Below, one piece after another: positions 33,894 through 44,040 of a stretch of DNA of 64,000 bases. Numbering within the stretch: the stretch's first letter is position 1; every line of letters starts with the position of its first letter. A program made the translations under genes and the position numbers. The notes beneath the pieces were generated by a model. The model saw only the letters and a list, made by a program, of their open reading frames with translations. It did not search any database and was not told the DNA's origin. Origin of the DNA: Promethearchaeota archaeon (GTDB lineage: Archaea; Asgardarchaeota; Lokiarchaeia; Sigyniarchaeales; SOKP01); NCBI GenBank assembly GCA_016840085.1, contig JAEOTA010000022.1, forward strand, positions 64,001-128,000, given 5' to 3'.

Positions 33894-35489
33894 ATGATAA
33901 CAGAAAGAATTGTTAAATTAAATTCTAGAAACAGGGAAAATTATAAAAAAAGAATAGTAATAATATCAGATACTCATATAAGTCGGTCAATGGGAGCATT
34001 CAATCTACATGCATTTAATTTAGGTATAGAACAAATTAATAAAATCAAGGATGTTTCCCTCTTTCTTCATCTTGGAGATATTACTCACTTGGGAACTCTA
34101 TTAGAATATGAATATGCCTTAGAACAATTTAAAAAGTTTAACCCTATATCTAAATGCCCTTTAATGATTCTAATTGGTAATCATGATGCTTTGAATGTTG
34201 GGTATTTGCTTTTTGAAGAAATGATTGGTAGAAGGCATTATGAATATGAGGATGATAATATATATGTAACCGGTATAGATAGTACTAAACCAGATTTACC
34301 TGGGGGAATAATTCATCATAATATTATTGAATCTGTTCGAAAAGATTTAGAGAAACCTGAAAGAGAAAATAAATTTAAGGTAGTCTGTTTTCATCATCAG
34401 CTTATACCTATTCCTAACACTGGAAAGGAGAGATCTGCTATCGATGACTCAGGAGATATGCTTAAAATGCTTTTAGAGGCAAAAGCAGACTTAGTTTTAA
34501 ATGGTCATAGACATACTTCAAATCTGTATACTGTTAGTAGTAGCGAAAAAGACTTATATATTTTCAATGCAGGCACATTTAGCTGTAATAAAACAAGATA
34601 CCGAGATTTATTTTCCTATTCAATAATAGATATTGAAGATAATAATATAATTTTTAAAGTTATACCAATATTAGATTCTAACTCTAAACGTGAAATTCAT
34701 CGTGAAGTTAACTATTATCTCCCCTTAGAAATAGAAAAGGGTCAAACACCATTATGTAGGTTTATACAATTATCGCATTCATTAATAAATGAACAATCAG
34801 AAAACGAGATTACAAATTTAGACAGAGCTATTGAGAAAATAAATACAATCAAGAATATAGACTTAGTTGTGCATACTGGGAATGTAACTAAAAATAGTTT
34901 TAAAGAAGAATTTAGAATAGCAAAAGAAAAATTAAATAAATTAGAATATCCTTATTTAGTCGTACCTGGATATACTGATTCAAAACCGCCAGCTTGGGAA
35001 TATTGGAAACAGTATTTAGGTGAATCTGATCCACTATATGAAAACGAGAAAATATATTTTCAAGGGCTAAACTCCACAACTCGAGATTCTACTGAGGGAT
35101 TTATTGGGAGAAAGAGAATGAACAAGTTTATAGAAAAAGTTTTATCTCTTAGTCATCAAAAAATATTTGGTGTGTGCTGCTTTCATAGTCTAATTCCCAC
35201 CCCCTTAAGTGTATGGAGAACAGAGCTAAATGATTCCGGAGATGTACTTTCACAATTTGCTCATTCCCAAATTGATCTGTGCCTAAATAGTTCTCCAAGT
35301 ATTGCATTCAATGTAAAAATTGATCATACAGTGTTCTCTAATGGTGGAAATTTAAATCCAGAACGGTTTGAGGAGGCTTTTGTTGAAACAGAAATTTATA
35401 AAAAAGGTTTTGTAATATTAAAAGAGCATAACTTAAAAACTGGCCACATTAAGAAAGTTGGTAATTATAATATTACAATTTTTATATAA
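33894..35489 (+). CDS. Tandem calcineurin-like metallophosphoesterase (second domain degenerate)
   Basis: Domain 1: SDTH, GDIT, GNHD, HH, NGHRH. Domain 2: SHSL, GNVT, PGYTD, HS, NSSPS. Confidence 0.88.
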   Translation: MITERIVKLNSRNRENYKKRIVIISDTHISRSMGAFNLHAFNLGIEQINKIKDVSLFLHLGDITHLGTLLEYEYALEQFKKFNPISKCPLMILIGNHDALNVGYLLFEEMIGRRHYEYEDDNIYVTGIDSTKPDLPGGIIHHNIIESVRKDLEKPERENKFKVVCFHHQLIPIPNTGKERSAIDDSGDMLKMLLEAKADLVLNGHRHTSNLYTVSSSEKDLYIFNAGTFSCNKTRYRDLFSYSIIDIEDNNIIFKVIPILDSNSKREIHREVNYYLPLEIEKGQTPLCRFIQLSHSLINEQSENEITNLDRAIEKINTIKNIDLVVHTGNVTKNSFKEEFRIAKEKLNKLEYPYLVVPGYTDSKPPAWEYWKQYLGESDPLYENEKIYFQGLNSTTRDSTEGFIGRKRMNKFIEKVLSLSHQKIFGVCCFHSLIPTPLSVWRTELNDSGDVLSQFAHSQIDLCLNSSPSIAFNVKIDHTVFSNGGNLNPERFEEAFVETEIYKKGFVILKEHNLKTGHIKKVGNYNITIFI

Positions 35490-35652
35490 TTTAGAAATAA
35501 TATAATTTCAGAGAATTCCTCTCAGTTCAAGAATTCATCTAATTTTAATAAAAAATAAACTTAAAAAGCATATTTTTTTTATAAAATTAAAAAAACGTTG
35601 TTGAATACTGTTTTACAACTTAAATAGTTATAAAAAAAAATAAGGCAATTTT

Positions 35653-35934
35653 ATGGCAAAAGTGAAATTGAATCTATTGAACATATTCCAGTTGAAAATT
35701 AATAAGAAGTTTATTGAATATGATGGTAAAACTGTTGGTGATATTATCTTAAAATTCTTAAATGAATATAAAGAAAAACTTGATGATGCCTTATTAAGCA
35801 AAAATAAGAAGAAGTTCAATCCTCAGATTCTCATATTGCTAAATGGACGGAATATAAAATATCTTAAAAATTATAAAACACGCCTGAAAGATGCGGACGA
35901 TATTTATTTATCTTTTGCATTAGCAGGAGGATAA
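35653..35934 (+). CDS. MoaD/ThiS/SAMP-type ubiquitin-like protein
   Basis: ILILLNGRNI...TRLKDADDI...ALAGG with a C-terminal diglycine. Confidence 0.88.
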   Translation: MAKVKLNLLNIFQLKINKKFIEYDGKTVGDIILKFLNEYKEKLDDALLSKNKKKFNPQILILLNGRNIKYLKNYKTRLKDADDIYLSFALAGG

Positions 35935-36065
35935 ATATAATAAGTCTATATACAATAAGCTTAAATAGTAGAAATTTCTTATTTTTTTTACAAAATACGA
36001 TTATTTATTAGAATTATTTAATATTGAATACCTTAGATTATTATCTTTTTATTATAATTTAGTAG

Positions 36066-37019
36066 GTGATATTTAATAACATGGCTCTCCACAAGGTATC
36101 GTTCTGTGGTCTAGATAATGCAGGTAAAACCAGTATCATAACAGCAATTACAAAACGCTTCGGTTTTGAGGAAGAGGTTGCGAGGTTAGCACCAACAAGA
36201 AGAATTGCGAGGGATACCTTCAGATTTCTAGGTGTTGAGTTTACAAGAATGGATTTTGGCGGACAAAAGCAATACAGGGAAGAATATTTAAAACGCCCAG
36301 AAAAATATCTAGCTGGAACAGATTTAATGTTTTATGTTATAGATGCTCAAGATTTTAATAGATACATTGAATCTATAGACTATTTAGAACAGATATTGCT
36401 CTTCTTTAAAGAAGAACAGGAGTATATTCCGATTTGTATTCTTTTTCATAAGTTTGATCCTCAACTTGTGGATGATGTGCAAATTAATAAGAGAATCCTT
36501 ACCTTAAAACAAGCATTAACAAGATATTCAATTGATTTTGATATATTTTTCTTTGAAACTACGATATTTGATATAAAATCTGTTATGGATGCTTTTTCAA
36601 ATGGATTATCAATGCTATTTGAGAAAATGGAAATGGTATCTAATTTATTTTCAGAAATAAGTGAAAATTACAATGCTATTTTAATAGCTTTATTTGATGC
36701 TAAAGGGATCACGCTTGGAGAATATTATCGCCCTCATCTTCAATTACAAGAGAAAATAAAGATTTATAAAATATATTTAGAACTTCAAAAACGGGTTGTT
36801 GCTGAAAATCGAGTTTTATATGAATTTTCTGATACATTTGAAAGTGGAGAAAGGTTTTCTGGAATCATTGAAGTTTTGAAATTTGGTAAACTTGATTTCT
36901 ATTTATTATTTATTGTAGAAGAGGATGAAAAGAATTTAGAGCAAACAATTGTTCTTTTAGATAAAATTGAATCAGCTAAACCTCAGATGGAAAATCTGAT
37001 TTTACAGATTATCCAATAA
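36066..37019 (+). CDS. Rag/Arf-like small GTPase with a C-terminal roadblock-like domain
   Basis: G1 GLDNAGKT, G2 APT, G3 DFGGQ, G4 HKFD, G5 region ETTIFD. C-terminal IALFDAKGITLG...LDFYLLFIV. Likely start is ATG at 36081. Confidence 0.85.
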   Translation: MIFNNMALHKVSFCGLDNAGKTSIITAITKRFGFEEEVARLAPTRRIARDTFRFLGVEFTRMDFGGQKQYREEYLKRPEKYLAGTDLMFYVIDAQDFNRYIESIDYLEQILLFFKEEQEYIPICILFHKFDPQLVDDVQINKRILTLKQALTRYSIDFDIFFFETTIFDIKSVMDAFSNGLSMLFEKMEMVSNLFSEISENYNAILIALFDAKGITLGEYYRPHLQLQEKIKIYKIYLELQKRVVAENRVLYEFSDTFESGERFSGIIEVLKFGKLDFYLLFIVEEDEKNLEQTIVLLDKIESAKPQMENLILQIIQ

Positions 37020-37100
37020 AAAAATTGCTATTAATAATTAATTTTAACTAAATTTATCTTATACTTCTAGATTTAATTTCATTTAGGAAATTTAAAATAA

Positions 37101-37205
37101 CGCAGCTGGAGGGATTTGAACCCCCGAGCGCTTTCGCGCACCGGCTGTCTTGGTTATTAAAGAAATCACTCGAGGCCGGCGTCTTACCAACTAGGCTACA
37201 GCTGC
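37101..37205 (-). tRNA. tRNA-Ser(CGA) with a 22-nt intron at canonical position 37/38
   Basis: Reverse complement GCAGCTG...CCGGC-CTCGAG-[TGATTTCTTTAATAACCAAGAC]-A-GCCGG, long variable arm GCGCGAAAGCGC, GGTTCAAATCC, CAGCTGC-G. Intron 37147-37168, anticodon 37172-37170; CCA not encoded. Confidence 0.92.
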
Positions 37206-37310
37206 AATTCCTTATGAAACTTAAAACATAATAAATATAAATTTCTTACTCTTTCCAACAAGAAAGATTGATTAATAAGAATATTCTTGAATTAGTAATT
37301 CAGTAAATAA

Positions 37311-37610
37311 TTAAGACGACGGAACATATATTTTTAATTTTAAAGTAGGATCTAACAACTTTATTATCCCTTCTTGTTTATATTGTTTTAAAAGCAACTT
37401 AGCTGTAGATACTCTTATATCATATTTTAAGGCAATTTCCGTAGCTAAGATTGTTTTTTTCTTTAAAATTGATTCTTTTATTTCTTTTTCTAGGTTTTTT
37501 GGTATATAAGCATCTCTCTCTACAATATTGATTTGCTTGGTTCTTCCGTACTTTCTTCTAAGATTTAAAGTAGCTTTTCTTACTAATAGCTTTTCTTCTT
37601 TTTCTGACAA
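37311..37610 (-). CDS. rps25e: Small-subunit ribosomal protein eS25
   Basis: Basic 99-aa winged helix: ILATEIALKYDIRVSTAKLLLKQYKQEGIIKLL...LKIYVP. Confidence 0.75.
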   Translation of the reverse strand: MSEKEEKLLVRKATLNLRRKYGRTKQINIVERDAYIPKNLEKEIKESILKKKTILATEIALKYDIRVSTAKLLLKQYKQEGIIKLLDPTLKLKIYVPSS

Positions 37611-37758
37611 TGAAAATCACTTTATATTTAATAAATTTCAAAGAATATTAGCTGAATGAAATTATAAATATTTAAAATTTAATAAAATTTTTGATTTATT
37701 ATTGAAAGTTTAATTTCAGCATTGAATCGCTGAGTAAAATATTAAAATTCAATAGAAT

Positions 37759-38394
37759 TTGAATAATAATTACGATTTTAATGTAAAAAGGAAAAGACCA
37801 GAAGAGATATATAGTGATGTCTCAGATTACTTTAAAGGAGAAGTCCTAAAACAATACGCTGCCTCTAAAAGTATGATGAAAACGCAAGAAAAAATTACTA
37901 TCAGAGCTATAGAACTTTTAAATCTTGAAAGAGATGATGCATTAATCTTAGACGCTGGTAGTGGCCCAGGATTTACTGCGATGTATTTAAATGAAATAGG
38001 ATATAAAGCAGTGGCTATTGATCTTATTTCATCATTCTTAAATTATTATGATATAAAAGAATTAAATCCAATTGTAGCAGATATGTGTTTTCCTCCATTT
38101 AAACCTAACACTTTTGATGCTATTATCTCTATTTCTGCATTACAATGGATATATAGAGATATTAAAAATGAACAAATGAATAAGATGTTAATAAATTTGT
38201 CTAAATCTTTTTTTCAGATCTTAAAACCTGATTCCCGAGTTGTTATTCAATTTTATCCTAAAAATAAGAAAATTTTAGAAAATATCGGCAAAATTATAGC
38301 AAAAAGCACAACTTTTCATGGAAATTTCATAATAGACAATCCAAATAGCCAAAGAAAGCGAAAAATCTATCTTTTATTAGATAAGGAGTTATAA
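37759..38394 (+). CDS. bud23: Bud23/WBSCR22-like SSU rRNA m7G methyltransferase
   Basis: RPEE, Q.K.T.RA.ELLNL, ILDAGSGPG, DM..PF...FDAIISISALQW, QFYPKN, D.P.S...K.YL.L occur collinearly, as in eukaryotic Bud23. Confidence 0.8.
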   Translation: MNNNYDFNVKRKRPEEIYSDVSDYFKGEVLKQYAASKSMMKTQEKITIRAIELLNLERDDALILDAGSGPGFTAMYLNEIGYKAVAIDLISSFLNYYDIKELNPIVADMCFPPFKPNTFDAIISISALQWIYRDIKNEQMNKMLINLSKSFFQILKPDSRVVIQFYPKNKKILENIGKIIAKSTTFHGNFIIDNPNSQRKRKIYLLLDKEL

Positions 38395-38575
38395 TTAGAA
38401 AGATAAATTTTTTGAGTAAGAAAAATCCTTAATTAAATTTTAATAAGAAAATTTAATTATAAGCATAATATTTTATTTAACTTCCATTATAATATTTTTA
38501 ACAATTTGTTCTAAAAAATTTTAGATCAAAAATTTTTAAAATACAAAAATTTGAAAAAAATCAAAATGATGATTC

Positions 38576-41500
38576 ATGAATAACATACCAAAATTGAAAC
38601 ATCGAATAAAAGTAATTTCATTAATCTTAATTATCTTGTTAACTGGTACTTACACGATTGTTTCAATGAGTTTTTTCGATTCTCTTTCTAATGTGAATAA
38701 AGTAGAGAATGAAAATGATCTAGTAGACAACCCAAAAACAGGTGGTACTCATGTTTGGTGGGATTTAGATTTTCGATCCAGACAAGCAATAAATATTACA
38801 AATCCTTATAACGTACCTCTTAATAATTTCACAACAAACATAGAATTTAATTATACTACGCTTGTAGATTCGGACAGAATGAATTCCAGCTTAAGAGATA
38901 TAAGAATCGTTGAATATGACGACTTAGGTGTCCCACATCTAAGAAAATATTATTATCAAAAAGATTATCCTTCAACAAATCTTGTAACTGTATGGTTTGA
39001 CACGAATATCCCTGCTGATACCTCTCAATCAGATACATATTTATATTATGGAAATGATAATGTTTGGCCTGATGAAGCCTATTTTATGAATGAATCTTCG
39101 AGTTTAAAAGCTAAGAATTTTGGATGGATTAGAAATGGTGATTTTGAATTAGATTACAAGTCAGATACGGAAGTTTTTAATGTTTTTGGTTGGAACTTTT
39201 CTACTGATGTTCCTAATAACGTTTTTTCAACAGGTTATTCACCACGTACAGGAGCCATAGATGCTGGTTCCCAGCACAATTTAAGCACTTCTGACGATTA
39301 TCAAGAGAGAACTTTTGATTCTTATTCATTTAAATGGGGTGATAAAGATCACTATATTGTGGATAATGATGAACCTACTGATGGGCATGATTATGTAGGA
39401 TCATTGTATAGCTATCCTTTTATCGTTCCAACAGTAACCGGAGCTGATACAGGGGAGATTTATTTAGAGGCTTATCGTAATTTTAGAGTCTATGACTATA
39501 AAGCTGGGGAAGATGTTGGATTTTTTGCTGTGATTTCGAAAGCTTATAATCCATACTTTGATGGTACATTACAAGATCCAAACTTTGACTATTTTGATCA
39601 TTGGTTAAGTATAGGAAAAAACACAGGAACCCCAAGCGAAAGAAAACCAACTTATGCAATAGATAAATTAAATGGGGATGCGGAGGGAAATACTATTATA
39701 GATACAACGTCAGATGGCGCCGCAACTGGCTGGGTTACTATTGATGTGTCTGAATATCAAGGTCAGTTAATTACTTTACAATTTGGATTGTATCCCCTTA
39801 GTAGTGAAATTATCGATATTGCAACATTTGGTCAGGTTGATGAAATAAAATTTACTTATGAACTAACAACAGAATTAGAAGCAGTTGAAGAAGTAATGTC
39901 AGTCGTTTCAGTAATCGTAAAAGATGTTGATGGGAGGATTGTTCCTGGTGCAAAAGTATCTCTAGCAAATAATTCGGCAGAATATCTAGCAGCACACCAA
40001 AATAATCCGATAGTAGATACAGAATTTTCTGGGGAAAATAATGGGACTGCATATTTTACAAGTGTGGGATATGATACATATGATATATGGGTCAATTACA
40101 CGATACCTTATACAAATAACGAAACTGTTGTGTATAATAGTACCGGAGTAAAAAGTTGGAAAATTGACCAAGCTACACGTATTATTAAAGTAGAAGTAGA
40201 TATATGGACCATTGATTTTGAGATAGTTGATTATGGTGAAGAACCAATGAATTCAGGGTATATTGAAATTAATTATACAAAAGGAGGAGCACTATTAGAT
40301 AATTTAACGCTTGACTCAAATGGAAAAGCTACATTCCGCTGGAAAAAACATTCCAGGTATTACTACAAAGTATATTATCGTAATGTTGATTATAATATTT
40401 TTACAACTACAGCATTAAATGAGAGTTATATATCTAGGTCTGATTATGAACAAAATAAATTAAACCCACATACATTTCTTATAAATCAAACCAACCTTAA
40501 TGGTACTGGAATGCCTAAATTTAGTGTTTATCAACGTATTTATACAAATGGATCACTAAACGAACTCGGAAATAAGAAAATCATTAATGCTACTATAAAT
40601 ATAACTCTAACGGAGGACAGTTCTTTTGACAAGGTTCAAGTTTTTTATATTGATAAGGATAATTCAACATATGGTAATCTTATTTATGAAAAAGCAGAAG
40701 GTTATGGCATAGATCTATCTAGTGAATTTGAAATAGAGATTAGATCACCTCCAATAATATCTGCTAATTTAGAGGGAGATTCCTATGAAGCTTATGGTTT
40801 ATATGTTAAGGTTTTCGGTTCCAATTCATCTACATGTAATGGAATAATCGACATTAAATTAACTGAAACATGTAATATCTATAACGTTACAGATTTATGT
40901 AAAGTGAACATTACAATTATTGATTCTACTGGGACAGGATGGCCTAATTGTTGGGTCAAAGTAAATGGTACAATTAATACACGAATGGACTTTAAAGTTG
41001 ATTTATACACCGATCCCACTGGAAGAGCTTATGGTTATCCAACAAATACAGATCTCCCACTTTGGTATTTAAAAGGATATCCTTTCAACTTTTCCTTAAA
41101 CTTTGGGGGTGAGCATAGATATTTAATTGTAAATAAATCAGATCAATATAAACATCATGGAAATCCGATTTATTATTACAATTACAGTGTTGAACAACCA
41201 GCAGATCTTATTTTTGAAATTTATTTTACTAGTGGGGCAAATCTTAGTTGGTTTCAAACTAGGTTTGAAAAATATAGCGGCCCAGAATCATTAATATGGA
41301 GTCAAAATGCTACAATTCAAGTAAACTTCACATCAACAGATGATAATTGGGTTAGTTCAGAACCAGTTTCTCTTCCAGCAAACGCATATTGTTATATTAA
41401 AACAACTGGATCAGGAAGCTATATTGTAAAGGAATATAGTATGAAATCAAAGGGACAAGGAATATTTGAAGTAAGTTTTAATTCTTCTCAATTATCAGCA

Positions 41501-42928
41501 GGTGAAAGAGGTGTACTTTATAGTATCATTATCTCTGGAAGTAAATTAGGATATAGCACTCCACCAAATTTGAGTGATTCAATTTTTATAGACACTTTCC
41601 CGACTAATATTAGTATGCATGATTATTATGATTCTTTCAATGAAATTATTGAATTTTCTCAAACATTTGGAGAGTTTGTTAATTTATCAATAAAATACTC
41701 TAATTTATATACTAAAGTATCATTAAAGGCTGCTATTTTGACTTATGAATGGCTTAATCTTGATCCTGTTCAATTTTATGAAGATCCTTTTAATGATGGA
41801 TATTATACTGCGACAATTGATACATCAATAGCCGAAACGTGGGGTTTAAAATCAATCAAGATTATTGCCAAGTTAGAGAACTTTACTACACAGACTCTTA
41901 TAACTTCTCTCAGTATTACAGAAAGACCAACAACCCTTAATGGAGAAACTGACTTAGTTTATACTAGCTCGAAAGTATGGGTAGAAGATCCTAATCCTTT
42001 CGAATTTCAATATTATGATGTAATTGGAAATGAGATTGTAGGAAATTTAACTACTGCTACTTACATTTGGGAAAAGTTATATCCAAATGGAACTAGAATT
42101 CCAGGAATACACGGTACTGGAACATTGGTTCAAAATGAAAATAAAACTTATATACTAGATTTTAACACTGAATTAAAACCTGTTGGCTATTATTATTTAT
42201 ATCTTACATTACAAAAACAAAACTATGAAGCAAAGTCTGCTCTTATCAATTTAGAAATAATGTTAAGAAACTTTACGACTACTTTAGACGCAACTGGATT
42301 GGGGGATAACAATCAAATTAAGGTAGATCAAGGTGATGATATTGATTTTGAAATTACTTTATGGGATGAAACTCGCAATGTAGATCTAGAAAATGCGTCA
42401 GTTACACTTACTATTAGAGGTGTTGAGTACGTACTTCAAGAGACAGCTTCGGGTGTATATGGATTAACATTTAGAACGAATGATATTGATGTGTTTATTA
42501 CTTCTAAAACATTATCAGGTAAAATTACTATCCAGGCAGCTAATTTCACAACAGAAGAAATTATTATTACTGTGGTGGTTCAAATGGAAGAAATTTTCCC
42601 TGGAATGCCAACATTTTATTTCATCTTGATTACCGCATCAATTATAGGTGTTGTGGGGAGTTTGGTAGCCTATAGAGTTATCCAACAAGCAAGAATACCT
42701 AAACATGTTAAGAAGATCAGAAAAGTTAAAGGTTATATCAAATCAAAGAAGAATATCACTGAGGCAATTTCTATTCCAACAAAAGAAAAAATGATAGCTA
42801 AATTGATTGGAGACGATTGGAAAGATATTGGCCTTTCAATTGAAGAAATCCTAGGAATAGAAGAATTGAAACCTAAAAAACCACCAATAAAAGATACAAG
42901 ATATAAAGAGGGAGGTGAAATTGATTAA
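38576..42928 (+). CDS. Large cell-surface glycoprotein A: DUF2341-like domain, CBM-like jelly-roll, Ig-like stalk, TM helix, cytoplasmic tail
   Basis: N-terminal hydrophobic segment; WWD..FRSRQAINITNP...DIRIVE...TVWFDTNI...YLYYGN; WIRNGDFE; many N-x-S/T sequons; TM FYFILITASIIGVVGSLVAY; basic tail of about 80 aa. Confidence 0.85.
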   Translation: MNNIPKLKHRIKVISLILIILLTGTYTIVSMSFFDSLSNVNKVENENDLVDNPKTGGTHVWWDLDFRSRQAINITNPYNVPLNNFTTNIEFNYTTLVDSDRMNSSLRDIRIVEYDDLGVPHLRKYYYQKDYPSTNLVTVWFDTNIPADTSQSDTYLYYGNDNVWPDEAYFMNESSSLKAKNFGWIRNGDFELDYKSDTEVFNVFGWNFSTDVPNNVFSTGYSPRTGAIDAGSQHNLSTSDDYQERTFDSYSFKWGDKDHYIVDNDEPTDGHDYVGSLYSYPFIVPTVTGADTGEIYLEAYRNFRVYDYKAGEDVGFFAVISKAYNPYFDGTLQDPNFDYFDHWLSIGKNTGTPSERKPTYAIDKLNGDAEGNTIIDTTSDGAATGWVTIDVSEYQGQLITLQFGLYPLSSEIIDIATFGQVDEIKFTYELTTELEAVEEVMSVVSVIVKDVDGRIVPGAKVSLANNSAEYLAAHQNNPIVDTEFSGENNGTAYFTSVGYDTYDIWVNYTIPYTNNETVVYNSTGVKSWKIDQATRIIKVEVDIWTIDFEIVDYGEEPMNSGYIEINYTKGGALLDNLTLDSNGKATFRWKKHSRYYYKVYYRNVDYNIFTTTALNESYISRSDYEQNKLNPHTFLINQTNLNGTGMPKFSVYQRIYTNGSLNELGNKKIINATINITLTEDSSFDKVQVFYIDKDNSTYGNLIYEKAEGYGIDLSSEFEIEIRSPPIISANLEGDSYEAYGLYVKVFGSNSSTCNGIIDIKLTETCNIYNVTDLCKVNITIIDSTGTGWPNCWVKVNGTINTRMDFKVDLYTDPTGRAYGYPTNTDLPLWYLKGYPFNFSLNFGGEHRYLIVNKSDQYKHHGNPIYYYNYSVEQPADLIFEIYFTSGANLSWFQTRFEKYSGPESLIWSQNATIQVNFTSTDDNWVSSEPVSLPANAYCYIKTTGSGSYIVKEYSMKSKGQGIFEVSFNSSQLSAGERGVLYSIIISGSKLGYSTPPNLSDSIFIDTFPTNISMHDYYDSFNEIIEFSQTFGEFVNLSIKYSNLYTKVSLKAAILTYEWLNLDPVQFYEDPFNDGYYTATIDTSIAETWGLKSIKIIAKLENFTTQTLITSLSITERPTTLNGETDLVYTSSKVWVEDPNPFEFQYYDVIGNEIVGNLTTATYIWEKLYPNGTRIPGIHGTGTLVQNENKTYILDFNTELKPVGYYYLYLTLQKQNYEAKSALINLEIMLRNFTTTLDATGLGDNNQIKVDQGDDIDFEITLWDETRNVDLENASVTLTIRGVEYVLQETASGVYGLTFRTNDIDVFITSKTLSGKITIQAANFTTEEIIITVVVQMEEIFPGMPTFYFILITASIIGVVGSLVAYRVIQQARIPKHVKKIRKVKGYIKSKKNITEAISIPTKEKMIAKLIGDDWKDIGLSIEEILGIEELKPKKPPIKDTRYKEGGEID

Positions 42929-42930
42929 TG
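42911..42930 (+). promoter_or_regulatory. Shine-Dalgarno and TAATG stop/start overlap (translational coupling)
   Basis: GGAGGTGA at 42911-42918 inside the upstream CDS; TAA 42926-42928 overlaps ATG 42928-42930. Confidence 0.85.
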
Positions 42931-44040
42931 CCAATAGGATTAGTAATAATGAGATGGGATATCAAAGTAAGCACTGAAATTCTTGCGAAATATCCTGAAG
43001 AACTAGTTATAAGCGAAGAAACTTTAATGCAAATATATGCCGCGCATGAATACACCGGTGAACCAGGAATGATTAGCTTATTAGTTGGACCATTAAACAT
43101 TGCATCATACTATACTGGTCGAGAAAAACCTATTTATATAATTCTACTATTAAACTTAGATGAAGACGCAGATGTTTATGAAGGAGGTTTATCCGATATT
43201 TCAAGAGTGATATTCCAAAATTATGAAGACAATGCATATCTTGAGATGATTCCGTTCCTTTTTCAGCGTTTATCGACCTATCCTCATTTAAATAATGAAC
43301 AAAGTTTAGCTATTACATACATTGATGGTGTAAATAGATTAATTATAAATAGGTTAAGAGATGAGGGAGTTATTTCGAAATCAGAATTAAAAATTTGGTT
43401 AAAGGACCAATATAGGGAAGGATTCTTCGATGTGGATGCGATTCTTATGGAGTTAATCAAAAAAGAGATAATAAAGGAAGCCTCTGTTAAAGGAATGCCT
43501 TCAGAATTAATCTTCCTCATAAATGATCTACTTATGATTAGAAGACCTCCAATTAAACTCTTAAAAAATCCAGTAGAACGCGGTCTTCCTGAGAAATTTG
43601 TTGAAGAGTATAACGTAGCTGTTAAAAATTTCTTCCAAAAATATCGGCCATCAGATGGAGATAACCTTAAAATTTTAGATGATATTATAGCCGATCCCCA
43701 AGTTTATGAAATCCTTAAATTATTAAGAATCTCAATTGTCACGAAGAATGTTCTAGAGAAACTTAGAAAAAAGGGAGTAGATGATATCGATGGGGGATTG
43801 AAAAAGTTGTGGGATTGCCAGATGATTCATGTATTTCAAGATACTAAAGGAAATGAATATTATGCTTTACTCACTGACTTCTATAATTCATTACTCTACC
43901 CAAAGTATATGTTAAATACAATAATTTATCAGTATGGTGTAAAATCAAAGTCAGAAGGAGTATTAGTCGAATATCTGAACGTACTTGAAGATACATATCA
44001 GCCTACTAAATTGCCAGTAGAGGAAGAGATTGAAGATTAA
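42928..44040 (+). CDS. Cytoplasmic protein A: longin/uDENN(NPRL2)-like N-domain plus two winged-helix-like domains
   Basis: GLVIMRWD...STEILAKYP start; INRLRDEGVISKSELKIWLK...ILMELIKKEII and VYEILKLLRISIVTK...LKKLWDCQMIHVF wHTH-like segments. The CDS is certain; the fold is inferred. Confidence 0.6.
   Translation: MPIGLVIMRWDIKVSTEILAKYPEELVISEETLMQIYAAHEYTGEPGMISLLVGPLNIASYYTGREKPIYIILLLNLDEDADVYEGGLSDISRVIFQNYEDNAYLEMIPFLFQRLSTYPHLNNEQSLAITYIDGVNRLIINRLRDEGVISKSELKIWLKDQYREGFFDVDAILMELIKKEIIKEASVKGMPSELIFLINDLLMIRRPPIKLLKNPVERGLPEKFVEEYNVAVKNFFQKYRPSDGDNLKILDDIIADPQVYEILKLLRISIVTKNVLEKLRKKGVDDIDGGLKKLWDCQMIHVFQDTKGNEYYALLTDFYNSLLYPKYMLNTIIYQYGVKSKSEGVLVEYLNVLEDTYQPTKLPVEEEIED

Noticed and set aside
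35653-35934. Eukaryote-type ubiquitin system
   Set aside because: The sequence is MoaD/SAMP-like, and there are no E1, E2, RING or JAB genes adjacent.
37101-37205. tRNA as an integration site for the receptor locus
   Set aside because: No duplicated tRNA 3' end and no integrase were seen, and the flanking genes are housekeeping-type.
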